Below the pieces are notes generated by a model. It made no database searches. It worked only from the letters and a program-made list of their open reading frames with translations, and was not told where the DNA came from. A program made the translations under genes and the position numbers. Shown here piece after piece: positions 30,601 to 39,044 of a stretch of 64,000 bases of DNA. The first letter of the stretch is position 1. Each line of letters opens with the position of its first letter. The stretch is from Leptospiraceae bacterium (GTDB lineage: Bacteria > Spirochaetota > Leptospiria > Leptospirales > Leptonemataceae). The stretch spans positions 96,001-160,000 of the forward strand of contig JAVJNR010000006.1 of the NCBI GenBank assembly GCA_040217195.1, read 5' to 3'.

Positions 30601-32924
30601 TGATTGCTACTACAAAAATTCTGATACTGGCGTAGATAGTCCGGAATGCCCAGGCTGCGTAGAAGAGGCATGGCAGATGAATCCGGGGCGCAAAAATCTC
30701 TTAAGACCTCTCGATCACTGAGCTTCAAAGAAAGTGATTCCCGACTAAGGTCCAGTTCCACTACAGCCAGGCCCACACCAAACCTTCGTTCGCTTCTCTC
30801 TTCCAGGTCTACGTAAATGGATCTGGCTGTGTCACGATAGGTGCGAATAATCTGTTCCGAATCCTCTACAATACCCTGAAACTCCTGGGCTGAAATGTCT
30901 ACTCCTGAATCCGGGGTATAGGAACCACCGTACATTAGCTTTGCGCTATAAGCGGCCGTGCTATTTTGTAGAGACTCTTCGGCGAAAGCGATGGTCTGCC
31001 ATCCGCGAAGGAACAGTCCTGTTTTCTCCGGTACGCCTTCCAATCCTTTCCTGCTGGCTTCAATGGCCTTTTCATACTGACGGTCATTGTGAAGCAGGCG
31101 CCCTCTGGCAATATTCAGTGCTGATTCGATAGATTTCTGGGATTCTGGCAATAGACTGTCTATGGCAGCCAGTCCATTGGCAGGAAGCATTCCTTCAAAT
31201 TCACTAAAAATGGAAGAAAGGATCTTTTCCCTGATAGAGCCTGGCAATTCTTGATCGTTGAGAAGGGTTCTAAATATTTCTGGTATTCGCTTCCTTGTGC
31301 TGAGCGCTAGCTCTCCCTGCAGCGTAGAGGCTTCGTACTTGCGAAAGTAATCCGGATAGTCTCTGTTCAGCTTTTCCAGAGTGAGCAATGCACCCTGTGG
31401 ATTTCCAGAATCCTTCTGCGCCCGGGCTAATTCTTCCAGTAGATACGGGCTGGCGATTTTTCTCTTTTCTTCGCTTAACCGGGAAGGCACTGAATTTAGC
31501 GCATTCTGTAGAATGGCTGCACGGGTGGCGGGGCTACGGGGGACGGAATACAGGTTTCGGTCCAGCTCCACCATGGGATTGTCCTGCAGCGCTTTGGCAA
31601 TCCTTCGGTCCACCGACTGCGCTTCATCCTGGGCACCTGCTTTTTTGAGAGCTGTGCGAAGCTTGAGCAGGGATTTCCCTTCGAATAGAAAGAAATGTGG
31701 AGATTCCGAGTGGTAAAGTCTCACCGCCTCCAGGGCCAGTGCATATCGATCTGGATATTCATCGTAGTCATCGGCCAGGGCATATTGTTGATCCACACGA
31801 GGTTGCCCTGGAATCATACCCGATCGCGGGGTAACGTAAATGTTGACTGTATTGTACAGGTCTGCTGCATACAGTATGGTGCCCTGTTCAAATCCGGAAA
31901 AAGCAAGTGAGTAAATGGGAACGCTGCTTTCAATCAGTCTGAAACGTTCGGGAATGGGGCGATTGCTGATTACGTCTTTTACACTGATCCCCGCCACAGA
32001 TGCTCTGTCTGCCTGGTCCAGAATACCATTTCGATTTGTATCTTCGCGCACCACGCCGTAATAGAGAGTCTGTCCATCTGCAGAAAGGGATGGGCGAAAA
32101 TACAGATAAGGATTTCGCTGCGGGCCGGGCTCCAGGGGTACTCTATGTCGCATACCGGAAGTACGGTCCAGGATTTCAATGTGGGGTATTCCATCGGATG
32201 CGCGAATCAGGTAGGTAATGAATTTTCCATCGGCAGATACACTGGGCTGTAGTGAGTTTTCTTCTGTAATAGGCACCGGAAGTGCTTCGCTTTCCTGCTC
32301 TTCCAATTCCAGAGACCAGATTCTATATACCCCCGGATTGCAGCGATCGCTGACAAAGTAGATGGTATCGCCGTTTGGGGAAAGTACCGGATCCTTTTCT
32401 GCAAAACTACCTTTGCATCCAGGTCCGAGCTTTTCGCCTACACTGTCCAGATACCTGGACAGGTTAATGGATGAAGTCCAGAGGTTTGGTGGATCTTCGC
32501 CGTCCAGGGCCGCTTCTACTATGTATTCCGGCTCCAGGGCAACTATGCGAATATCTCCTCCTGCATCCAGTTCAAAGGATACATATGCCAGAATCGTTCC
32601 ATCTGGAGTAATGTAGGGGTCAGTTTGCTCAGCTGGATGTCTTACTACCGGAACGTTGACTGTGCTGCTAAGGTCGCGCATCCAGATGTCGGATGAGCCG
32701 TCCACATCAGAGGCATAGAAAAGATATCCGTTGGAGGAGGCAGCCGGGTCCGTATTGTTTCCCCGCTGCACAGTGAGCGGAAAGTGCCCCTCTGGATTGT
32801 TTTCCAGAAATTTGCTGATTAATCGATTGTAATCAAAACGTGGGGGCTGTATTGTCCTGACCGATGCACATTGCCCGAGCAGGATCAGTGCAGTTAGTAG
32901 CGTAATACAGCGAAATGGAATCAT
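24684..32924 (-). CDS. Giant (~2750 aa) lipoprotein: TolB/PD40 beta-propeller, TPR array and CHAT-like regions
   Basis: Start at MIPFRC overlaps the upstream TGA (TGATG); LILLGQ-C lipobox; PD40 motifs (DPYITPDG, DPVLSPNG, QPSVSADG, RPSLSADG); many TPR-like helices. Confidence 0.8.
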   Translation of the reverse strand: MIPFRCITLLTALILLGQCASVRTIQPPRFDYNRLISKFLENNPEGHFPLTVQRGNNTDPAASSNGYLFYASDVDGSSDIWMRDLSSTVNVPVVRHPAEQTDPYITPDGTILAYVSFELDAGGDIRIVALEPEYIVEAALDGEDPPNLWTSSINLSRYLDSVGEKLGPGCKGSFAEKDPVLSPNGDTIYFVSDRCNPGVYRIWSLELEEQESEALPVPITEENSLQPSVSADGKFITYLIRASDGIPHIEILDRTSGMRHRVPLEPGPQRNPYLYFRPSLSADGQTLYYGVVREDTNRNGILDQADRASVAGISVKDVISNRPIPERFRLIESSVPIYSLAFSGFEQGTILYAADLYNTVNIYVTPRSGMIPGQPRVDQQYALADDYDEYPDRYALALEAVRLYHSESPHFFLFEGKSLLKLRTALKKAGAQDEAQSVDRRIAKALQDNPMVELDRNLYSVPRSPATRAAILQNALNSVPSRLSEEKRKIASPYLLEELARAQKDSGNPQGALLTLEKLNRDYPDYFRKYEASTLQGELALSTRKRIPEIFRTLLNDQELPGSIREKILSSIFSEFEGMLPANGLAAIDSLLPESQKSIESALNIARGRLLHNDRQYEKAIEASRKGLEGVPEKTGLFLRGWQTIAFAEESLQNSTAAYSAKLMYGGSYTPDSGVDISAQEFQGIVEDSEQIIRTYRDTARSIYVDLEERSERRFGVGLAVVELDLSRESLSLKLSDREVLRDFCAPDSSAMPLLRSLGIPDYLRQYQNFCSSNQDFFSGKTVDLPFQDAQVAADLLYLSSYANANSMNILFLFVKKADLFPALYKRKAVFFHRMKVDLAVERNKKRLSWERQKIELDPTAPLTDLLSEGDPFEARIFNEVVYGYRYASPEARQFFDHSLLYGYAYALVQKSVEREQFYDGLLKEGQDLSNGFLREKKEAVLRDLKEAEYQLQYILYVEPDNVDAYLLLGWLYQYVDERRDSRLLIEPDLIEQAFRTITGARPAEYQDGAYYRDLYVAYFPDRLYEKNIELYNQALTRLGQNADPVSKALLNLNLANNHFKLLNFKRASEHYRLVEELKDQSSHRLFSGYLQEALYFFNRGRSAYYEGQVIRAAEDLQKARQIFEVNEYRPTFQRFTELKFRTSGQDYPAYLDRLLKETEQKLLQSRYRLALISSLRGLALSEAGQYREAISSYREAEYILYRQKPQVPDGVARSGLLNFMAMSYQSAGMYSASDSSAELAEKVSLNRGLDREDSRYQPQTIGGRALDCILGYGEDFSVIGEGRTPYGFSSLRQYELSLGIQLENAVLLGDLDRALALIEKRKDVFESEDGDVILGKQGVLSSENQKALNLVNLQKFDQAHEVFQEAAEKALDWNFLDSFFTNFKNSYVVLFMASEAGHPYATIDRLQDSVALLRTQQERYREEIKEDYIEEKVTEDPDFSYDERRDDPIVEERVNQRVVDFLVLEGQTYYYIALQQASANNTSDSTESASKAEQLFNDALKALAARGQVPGFQAMRARLNLARTQLLLNKTSEAINELRDLADETYEYNALREYWATYRTLGDAFAARKEPAEARRNYEKSLSILLQFPDLRHRVSSRLPDYFDSLARFYIKEGAPRRALQVLELKRQSNLQNQFLRYPLQLANGIEDEQHRVMLNILSTLSRSSRQESVLRLQHKNFEDLARYNQELRNDLSYVQQSLVQARPLLKPFLILDETIPAPSANKVLIQFFVNQPGGGCLVFDRQVTFRPFKDQEIDEFLKQCLPEKASELIVIPDHRSFVWDLHVRIPDLRSDLPEPVFTSTIMDLEDALGFIGSPRDLKGAQGRRNIWNAGSAPVNRSNHLVHESTPAFELFAGRKDPGYNLRQAIREPGQASILFLHPDEEDPVQRFQSIRNAYEVFRASGGATVAVADDDQYQQILTMAGKDSYAKSGAPIFGVSGFDASAMESYILQDASASEQQARAALSERENEKAALLASRALSLRQLLNGPESLEAASILNRSLARLNSQDGLFFFPESLNLGQDPADALLLYSERIRGLYEAGQIQAGNELSREFSEKYPELAGDMVGRLRNYLSLAILESSPSPATALKEARLSPDGLESYLQGPEDRKGAARHLIHHGATDRANQLLQNDFDSQSRELAGEAQIQAALLQKSDFRIPGSVRTDTAFLLAESLAGRWKFFDDLVANLPPTVPEEQGEHRKQLLNQWKNSRTGNSISFEQLRCIPVKEEDLSEANAFTAIQKVLPDGRQITDLVGLSDDGETSCLYLSSVDRALMFHLLIQSVDIDPGLQIAGMLMDLINAEAAYSRARASWFALVASESYLNKMDPDTGYRFYAKHLEYREGSLESDNVRRGRLAVWYRLYDKPISDPLLGEFMTVTPVRKMADMLIGLPGAPDRRDYDKIVRELEKGAGIPNLQQERSIALFLLKRRAIQDNNWKTLANLEFYQDSILGAGDKLPPMLDIAGMIIRTIPENQSLTVLVDAGDKFYSIILTSRGLEQKDLGASAREMRANLEEFKQRIRNNQPHDQLATTLSDFYRSILPGRTDVPHYFWFPTAHALAPIIPRTGDQLYQVLDPATIAGAEPFRGDLALKGNFRVSVSGRPGVYPGQSANLIGRMGDMELSALENTSVGNPSLYHHFSGNPHQPIYNNRGLPFFLSDTYLVDLNRAQLRDFLIRLGENTDAPGLLSIVRPAGTAHAFFVKHFYDRSLPESGLHQRYVHAYALMIRDLSYSNSVYGYRLVTSRWIRP

Positions 32925-33556
32925 CACTTGCGAACCCAGGCTCCTACAGGGTTCCTTATCCATTCACCGCTTCTTGTGCGATAGTAGAATGAACGTAAGA
33001 AAGCTTCTGCCTCACGGGGCTGAATTCGGGAAAGATACGCATAGATGGCCCGTCTGGACTGGTTCGTATGCTGCGCTGCGACAATAGCCTTTTGCAGGTT
33101 TTCTGCTGAAATGGCCTGCCTGTAAGCGATTGGAGTTCGCATAACTCGGCCGTCGTAGGATTCGCCCAGAATACCCATATTTCTATACCGATGCACTATA
33201 TCTGAATAGAATTCCAGAATTCGATATTCATGGCGCACTTCGGAAGAATAGCCCGCAAGCTCCTCTGTGCCCGCCGGAAGGGCTGAGGAAGAGGCCACAA
33301 GCCATCCATCCTGAACTAGCTCTTTTTCTTCACCGATTAGCTGTCGCTCCGCTGCCGTTCTTGCAGGCGTTAGCGTAATCGGTGGTAGATCCACGCTAAC
33401 TACGGTGCATTTTCCCAGCTGGTCGGTGAGGAAATCAGTGGCCGGGGATAATACCCTGGGAGTGGTAGTGGAAGAACAGGACAACAGTCCCAGGATTAGA
33501 CCGATCATCAGAATTGGCCTGGCAAGGCTGGAGATGCGTATTTGAAAATATATCAT
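32924..33556 (-). CDS. DUF1318 (YdbL-like) domain lipoprotein
   Basis: LLS-C lipobox; GILGESYDGRV, NQSRRAIY and GEWIRNPVGAWVRK match YdbL family motifs from recall. Confidence 0.7.
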   Translation of the reverse strand: MIYFQIRISSLARPILMIGLILGLLSCSSTTTPRVLSPATDFLTDQLGKCTVVSVDLPPITLTPARTAAERQLIGEEKELVQDGWLVASSSALPAGTEELAGYSSEVRHEYRILEFYSDIVHRYRNMGILGESYDGRVMRTPIAYRQAISAENLQKAIVAAQHTNQSRRAIYAYLSRIQPREAEAFLRSFYYRTRSGEWIRNPVGAWVRK

Positions 33557-33560
33557 AGAA

Positions 33561-36500
33561 TCATTCCTGAGTATTGGCCGTCTCTCTGGTAAAACGACTG
33601 GACTCTGTACGGGCTCTTTCCAGAAACTCAGCCAGGGGAATTCTTTCCTGTCTAATCTCTTCTTCGGACGGTCGCACCAGCACCGAAAGAGAAAGCAATG
33701 ATGGCCTTTTTACCTTTACCGACGTGTAGATCAAGCCACCTTTCAACTCAACCTGGATGGCCGGGATCTCAAGGGTGTTATTCACGGCAAAAGCTATGGC
33801 ATCGTTGGGAATTAAAAGTCTCACTGCAAATCCGGTAAATTCTTCACTGATCCGGTACACTGACAATCGCATATTTGTGTTCCGAATGGGATCGGTCAGA
33901 TCTCTGCCAGAAAAGGAGAGGTCTCCACTGATAATTCCATCAAAGCTGGTATCCGAGTCCGGGAAGAAGGGAGCCAGGTTCAGGTTGTGTATCTGCAAAA
34001 AGCCAGCGTATTCCATATGGGCTGGCGCCAGATCCGCTGCATTGAAAAACAGTCTACGACCTTGAATGGTTCCATCTGGAGTCCAGAGTTCTCCGGAGGC
34101 TTCCCTGGGTTTGAATATCCTGGCATCAATCCAATCGATCATGAATACATTTCTTCTATAATCCATCCTCGCAGAAATACCGTATCCCTTTTTTGGATCC
34201 AGGGCCCCCAGATAGAAATGACTTTCAGGCTTATAGGTTCCCCCGGGTGTATGGCTGGAAGCTACGAACCTCACTGTAAAATTGGGATCCTGACGAAAGC
34301 CTGTATCGGTAAGGGCCAGGCCGCTGGAAGTATCTGAAAGCTGCACCGGATCTTTTAATGCCATGTTATGGCGGATGGGTAGATTCAGATTTAGTTTTTC
34401 GATTCTCATTCGGCGGCAGGCCGGGGATTGAGTATTCTGGCAGTTACCTGTGTTTATCTGAATATCCAGGTCGTTGATGTAGATTCCACCAGTGGCCATC
34501 TGCGGGTTTACATCCAGGTTGATTTGAACTCCTCCCTGAATGGAGATATTTTCATGCACTGGCAACATCTGCTCTCTGGCCAGGTTCAGTCTAAACTGTA
34601 AATACGGTTGAAGGGAGGGGCCGGTATTCAATGAACCGGTTAGAGTAGCATTTAAAGCGCCTCGTAGCCCGGCTATTTGAACCATAGGTATGGCTATTCG
34701 GTTCTCTGAAAGATTCGTATTTACAGTAAGTCGCAGAGCATCCTGACTGATGGCCGGTACTGTAAGGTTTCCATTCCCCTGAATGGAGGTACCCTCTTTG
34801 CTGGAATGAATGCTGGACTGCAAACTGAGGACCAGGCCATCCTTGAGATAGGCTCCGTAGGGAGCGATGGGGTATCGCAATCTGGCAGGGAGGGTGGTTA
34901 TCATGGGCGCATAATTAAGCGAAAGGCGGTTCACCGTAGACTCATAGGATTGTTTTCCATCAGCAAATACCAGTTCTGCCGATCCTGCCAGGTTTAGAAA
35001 TCCCAGCCCCGCACCATTTGTGCCATTAAGGTTTAAGTTCTGGATAGAAATTCTGTTGGCATCTTCTTTGAAGATCAGTTTGCCCTGTGTAATTAGAGTA
35101 AGGTTATTGATTCCTGAACGGGATCGGCCAATGGAATAACGGCCCCCATAAACGGTTATTGTTCCAGACACATCCAGTTCATCGAATGATTCGGTAGATT
35201 GAGCTTCAATGTCAGCGCCAGCAATACCGGTTACATGGGGTGCAAGGAATTGTCCCAGGTTCAGTCCATTAATGCGAATGTTTGCATCCACCCCCTCGCC
35301 TGGCTGTATATTTCCTCTGGCCTGTAGATTGGCTCCGTTGTACCCTCCGCTAAGATTCTTAAGATCCAGGCGATGCACCAGTCCGTAAGCCAGAGACTTC
35401 CGGGCTTCTTCGCTATTGTAATCATCTGGAGGTTGAAGAAAGGGAAGTGCTTCATATAGATTTATGGCACCATCTGCCTCAATGTTCAATTGTGGAACGT
35501 TATGATGCCCGGCAGCACCATGGAAATAAAGACCCTGGCCTTCCGCATTTAACCGGAACTCCAGTTTGTCCAGAGGTCCCTTCAGTGCTACCGGATAGAG
35601 CGATAAATACCCGCCCATCCGCACAGTACCGTTGGTGAGCATGGCCAGAAATTGGCCCGGCTCTTCCAGGGCAATCTCCGAGCGAAGCATGGAAAGATCC
35701 AGGTTTGGATTACCCTCTGTGAGCTCGGTTACCCTGGCTTCGAAGGCAAGCCATTGTCGTCCATTGTAGCTGACACTGAAATCTCTGTATAGCAAAGCAT
35801 CTTCGTCCTGATTATAGGAGGTTTGATACTGAGCGATTAATCCTGGAGTGACCGAGGCATAACCCGGTCGATTTAAAGTGAGGCTGGTTGCATCCAGGTT
35901 TAGCAGCGATGAGAAGACTCCCTGACCACCAATGGTCTGGCGAAAGAGGCGAAAGCTTAATGTGAGGTCACCCTCCAATTGGTTTCCATTGTTATATGTG
36001 ATTCGCACAGGGCCGTATGGATTGACAGCAATTACCAGGGTTTCGAACAGCTCCAGTAGTTCCGTGTTCAGCGGAATGGTATTGAACGTATCTGTGATAA
36101 AAGCCAGGCGAACATCCAGGCCGGACGCTTCGAAAGTCTGCTGTCTTGTTTCGCTATGATAATAGAATTGAAGGTTGCGAATGTCTATGTTGGCATAGAG
36201 CTTGAGCGGCAGAAAAGTATAGATTTCTTCCGGTATGGGTTCTGGTTCTCGTTTCGGTTTCTTCTTATTCGGGTCCAGAGATAGATAATCCAGGTTCCAG
36301 ATTCCATCTTTCTCTGTTACATAAATTTTAGCATCGTAAAGACCAAATTCTCGAATTCCTGCATGCCCGGCCAGTAAGCCAGGTAAAAACCAGGTTAGCT
36401 TCAAGGTCGGTATCTTGATAATGGGATCGCCTTCGTTTGTGTCAATAGATAGGTTTTCGAAGTGAAATCCATGCAGCAGACTGGATCGCCTAACATCCAG

Positions 36501-36668
36501 AGAGATCTGACTTCTTGTAACCGTGGAAAAGCCATTCTGGATCAGATACTGCACCACCGATGGATGAAGCAGTATCTGATAGGCCAGGATGAGACCAAAC
36601 AGTAGTCCTGCAATTTTTGCGAATCTCCGCCAGGCTGGTCTCATTCTTGAAGTTCGTCTCCGAAGCAT
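33561..36668 (-). CDS. AsmA/YdbH/TamB-like bridge protein
   Basis: Basic N-terminus plus one TM helix, then ~1000 aa of Gly/Asn/Leu-rich alternating beta-strand sequence; adjacent to the DUF1318 gene. Confidence 0.65.
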   Translation of the reverse strand: MLRRRTSRMRPAWRRFAKIAGLLFGLILAYQILLHPSVVQYLIQNGFSTVTRSQISLDVRRSSLLHGFHFENLSIDTNEGDPIIKIPTLKLTWFLPGLLAGHAGIREFGLYDAKIYVTEKDGIWNLDYLSLDPNKKKPKREPEPIPEEIYTFLPLKLYANIDIRNLQFYYHSETRQQTFEASGLDVRLAFITDTFNTIPLNTELLELFETLVIAVNPYGPVRITYNNGNQLEGDLTLSFRLFRQTIGGQGVFSSLLNLDATSLTLNRPGYASVTPGLIAQYQTSYNQDEDALLYRDFSVSYNGRQWLAFEARVTELTEGNPNLDLSMLRSEIALEEPGQFLAMLTNGTVRMGGYLSLYPVALKGPLDKLEFRLNAEGQGLYFHGAAGHHNVPQLNIEADGAINLYEALPFLQPPDDYNSEEARKSLAYGLVHRLDLKNLSGGYNGANLQARGNIQPGEGVDANIRINGLNLGQFLAPHVTGIAGADIEAQSTESFDELDVSGTITVYGGRYSIGRSRSGINNLTLITQGKLIFKEDANRISIQNLNLNGTNGAGLGFLNLAGSAELVFADGKQSYESTVNRLSLNYAPMITTLPARLRYPIAPYGAYLKDGLVLSLQSSIHSSKEGTSIQGNGNLTVPAISQDALRLTVNTNLSENRIAIPMVQIAGLRGALNATLTGSLNTGPSLQPYLQFRLNLAREQMLPVHENISIQGGVQINLDVNPQMATGGIYINDLDIQINTGNCQNTQSPACRRMRIEKLNLNLPIRHNMALKDPVQLSDTSSGLALTDTGFRQDPNFTVRFVASSHTPGGTYKPESHFYLGALDPKKGYGISARMDYRRNVFMIDWIDARIFKPREASGELWTPDGTIQGRRLFFNAADLAPAHMEYAGFLQIHNLNLAPFFPDSDTSFDGIISGDLSFSGRDLTDPIRNTNMRLSVYRISEEFTGFAVRLLIPNDAIAFAVNNTLEIPAIQVELKGGLIYTSVKVKRPSLLSLSVLVRPSEEEIRQERIPLAEFLERARTESSRFTRETANTQE

Positions 36669-36673
36669 CCTTT

Positions 36674-37909
36674 TCAGGACTGCCTTCTTTTTTCCGGGTC
36701 CTGCATCAGAAGGAAACTAAAAAAAACAAGGCAGTGGACTACCAGAGAGGCCAGAAATACCGGCCCGTATTGCAGACTTCCGGCACTGTTAAATCCGGAA
36801 TCATCCGTTGCAGAATAAAACTGCAGTAGAAGCCCGGCCAGATAGGATCCGATCAATGCTCCGGACGCAGTGGCCATAACCATGAACAAACCCTGTCCGG
36901 TGCCATATAGATGGTCCGGAAAGAAATGTCTGAGTCTGAAGATAGTACCCATGTAATAACCGGTGAAATGAATTCCATGTAGTAGTTGAGTCAAGATGAG
37001 CCCCGGAAGGGGATCCAGGGAATCCCAGTAGAATAGACCGAATCTAAGTATGCCAGCTCCCGTTCCTACAAGAAACAACGGGGTGGACCCGAACCGGGCA
37101 TGAATTCTGGCGCATAGAGGAAGGAAAGGCAGTTCCAGCAAAGTGGCAAGACACCATCCTGCATAAACTCCTGCCATTCCATATCTCTGGTCCAGGTATC
37201 CTCCCAGGTAATAGTCTACGGTCTGGTAACCAGAAAAATAGATAAAGGAAATAGCAAAGAACAGAAACACCGGACGATGTCGCAGGGTGTTCAGGGCTTC
37301 CATGAAGTAATATTTCTGGGCCGCCCGTCGCTCTTTCTGGACAAATAGACAGGCAAAAGCGAAAACCAGAAGAAATGCAGATCCTGCCCGGCCACCGGTT
37401 CCACTGGCCGAGACTTCGGTAGAAAGCAATCCAGGAAAACTCACCTCCAGAACATACAGTACAACATGGACCAGAAAGAACCCAAAGGTTCCGGCGCTTC
37501 GACTTATGGAAAATCCGCGAAGTTCCAGGGACTCCAGAGTTGCAATAGTAAGCAGTTGCATATTGGCTGCGAAAAAGAATCTGGTGATCCCACCCAGCAC
37601 CGTGGCTGATGCCAGGTCCAGCTCTGGCCAGTACAGAAAAAACTGACAGGGAGCATGCAGGAGAACCATGGGAACCAGTAAGCCTCGTATGGCGCGAAAG
37701 CGATCCGATAGATAGCCTGCTATGAAATAGCCGGCCGGGAAGGCAAGTTGACCGGCCAGAAATACAAAACGAGCGTCGCTGCCAAAGCGTTCGAGCATAT
37801 AGGGGCTGAGAGTGGAAAAATACGATCCATGTCCCAGAAAATACAGAAAGTAGAGCAGGCCGTAGATCAAGTGTCCCTGCCTGGAGGAATGCCAGCTGCT
37901 TTCTGGCAT
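36674..37909 (-). CDS. MFS transporter
   Basis: About 12 TM segments, GYLSDRF motif A, SRSAGTFGF, QLLHGIHF. Confidence 0.88.
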   Translation of the reverse strand: MPESSWHSSRQGHLIYGLLYFLYFLGHGSYFSTLSPYMLERFGSDARFVFLAGQLAFPAGYFIAGYLSDRFRAIRGLLVPMVLLHAPCQFFLYWPELDLASATVLGGITRFFFAANMQLLTIATLESLELRGFSISRSAGTFGFFLVHVVLYVLEVSFPGLLSTEVSASGTGGRAGSAFLLVFAFACLFVQKERRAAQKYYFMEALNTLRHRPVFLFFAISFIYFSGYQTVDYYLGGYLDQRYGMAGVYAGWCLATLLELPFLPLCARIHARFGSTPLFLVGTGAGILRFGLFYWDSLDPLPGLILTQLLHGIHFTGYYMGTIFRLRHFFPDHLYGTGQGLFMVMATASGALIGSYLAGLLLQFYSATDDSGFNSAGSLQYGPVFLASLVVHCLVFFSFLLMQDPEKRRQS

Positions 37910-38556
37910 CGATGCATATTTTCCATCATTCGACTCTGTATCCTATCTTTGATGCCTGCGAATTCGTCCGCATCCAGGGAGCGAACGAAGATTGGATCTC
38001 CATAACTTAAATAGACGGTGCTTAAGGGGCCCGGTATCCTGTGTTTATCCCAGGCTTTTCGCGCCACCCATTGATGGTTCGCTTCATAATGGAAAGGAAT
38101 GATTGGCACACCTGTGGATCGAGCCAGGGCTATGAGTCCAGGCTTCAGTTCGAAGGCAGGGCCCAGTGGTCCATCCGGAACAATACAGGTTGGATGCCCC
38201 TCTTTTAGAAGTTTCAGCAATTCTCGCAATGCTCTGGCGCCACCCTGTCGGCTGCTACCTCGAACACTGTAATTTCCGGACCACTCCACAACTCTTGCTA
38301 TCAGCTCTCCATCTCGGGAAGGCGAAACCAGGGCCTGTATTCCATGCTTTCGGTGAAAAAAAGGGGTCCAGAGGACGCATGCATGCCAGACTGCCAGTAT
38401 GTAAGGTTGATCTTGATTCTTAATATTCAGAAAAGCTTCCTGGTTCAAATACCTTTTACGTATAGTTATAGTAAACAGACGTTGCATCCCGGCAATCAGA
38501 GTCGGAACAATTGCAGTTAGTATATTCGAAAGTAATGTCCCGTCTCGCACATGCAT
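37867..38556 (-). CDS. Lysophospholipid acyltransferase family protein (DUF374)
   Basis: ILAVWH, LVSPSRDGE, VRGSS, PDGPLGP, WDKHRIP. Confidence 0.88.
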   Translation of the reverse strand: MHVRDGTLLSNILTAIVPTLIAGMQRLFTITIRKRYLNQEAFLNIKNQDQPYILAVWHACVLWTPFFHRKHGIQALVSPSRDGELIARVVEWSGNYSVRGSSRQGGARALRELLKLLKEGHPTCIVPDGPLGPAFELKPGLIALARSTGVPIIPFHYEANHQWVARKAWDKHRIPGPLSTVYLSYGDPIFVRSLDADEFAGIKDRIQSRMMENMHRCQKAAGIPPGRDT

Positions 38557-38615
38557 GGGCTGATCACATCATACTCTTATCTTTCTTTTGTGGCGATGCT
38601 TCACCTGCATTGTTT

Positions 38616-38981
38616 TCAAATCTGTTGCTCTGGACCCGTGGGCAGAAAAATAAAGAAAGCCGCTAGTACCAGAAAAGCAAATCCAATGAGGTGATTCCAC
38701 CGAAAAGATTCGCCCAGGTAAAATACTGCGAAAAAGGAAAATACAACCAGAGTGATTATCTCCTGTATAGTTTTTAGCTGGGCCGCTGAGAATTGTCCAT
38801 GACCGATTCGATTGGCAGGTACCTGAAAGCAGTATTCAAAAAATGCAATGCCCCAGCTAATTACAATAACCTGCAATAGAGGAGCCTCCTTGAATTTTAG
38901 ATGACCGTACCAGGCAAAGGTCATAAATACATTGGATAGAATTAAAAGAAAGACAGTGGCCATATTGCGATGCAGGCTCAA
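38616..38981 (-). CDS. DMT family small membrane protein (DUF486-like)
   Basis: SNVFMTFAWYGHL, SWGIAFFEYCFQVPANRIG, QLKTIQEIITL. Confidence 0.9.
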   Translation of the reverse strand: MSLHRNMATVFLLILSNVFMTFAWYGHLKFKEAPLLQVIVISWGIAFFEYCFQVPANRIGHGQFSAAQLKTIQEIITLVVFSFFAVFYLGESFRWNHLIGFAFLVLAAFFIFLPTGPEQQI

Positions 38982-39044
38982 GCTGATGGGCCGTCAGCTT
39001 TTTTTCGCTTGCAGCGATGAAGGCAGCCTCGCTATTTCCTTCTC

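Noticed and set aside
24684..32924. Craspase-like or anti-phage TPR-CHAT protease
   Set aside because: Lipoprotein signal, envelope-gene context, no visible catalytic His-Cys and no Cas or gasdermin neighbours.
32925..32963. Upstream start (MDKEPC...) of the giant protein
   Set aside because: ATG at 32924 gives a TGATG coupling and a normal lipoprotein signal.
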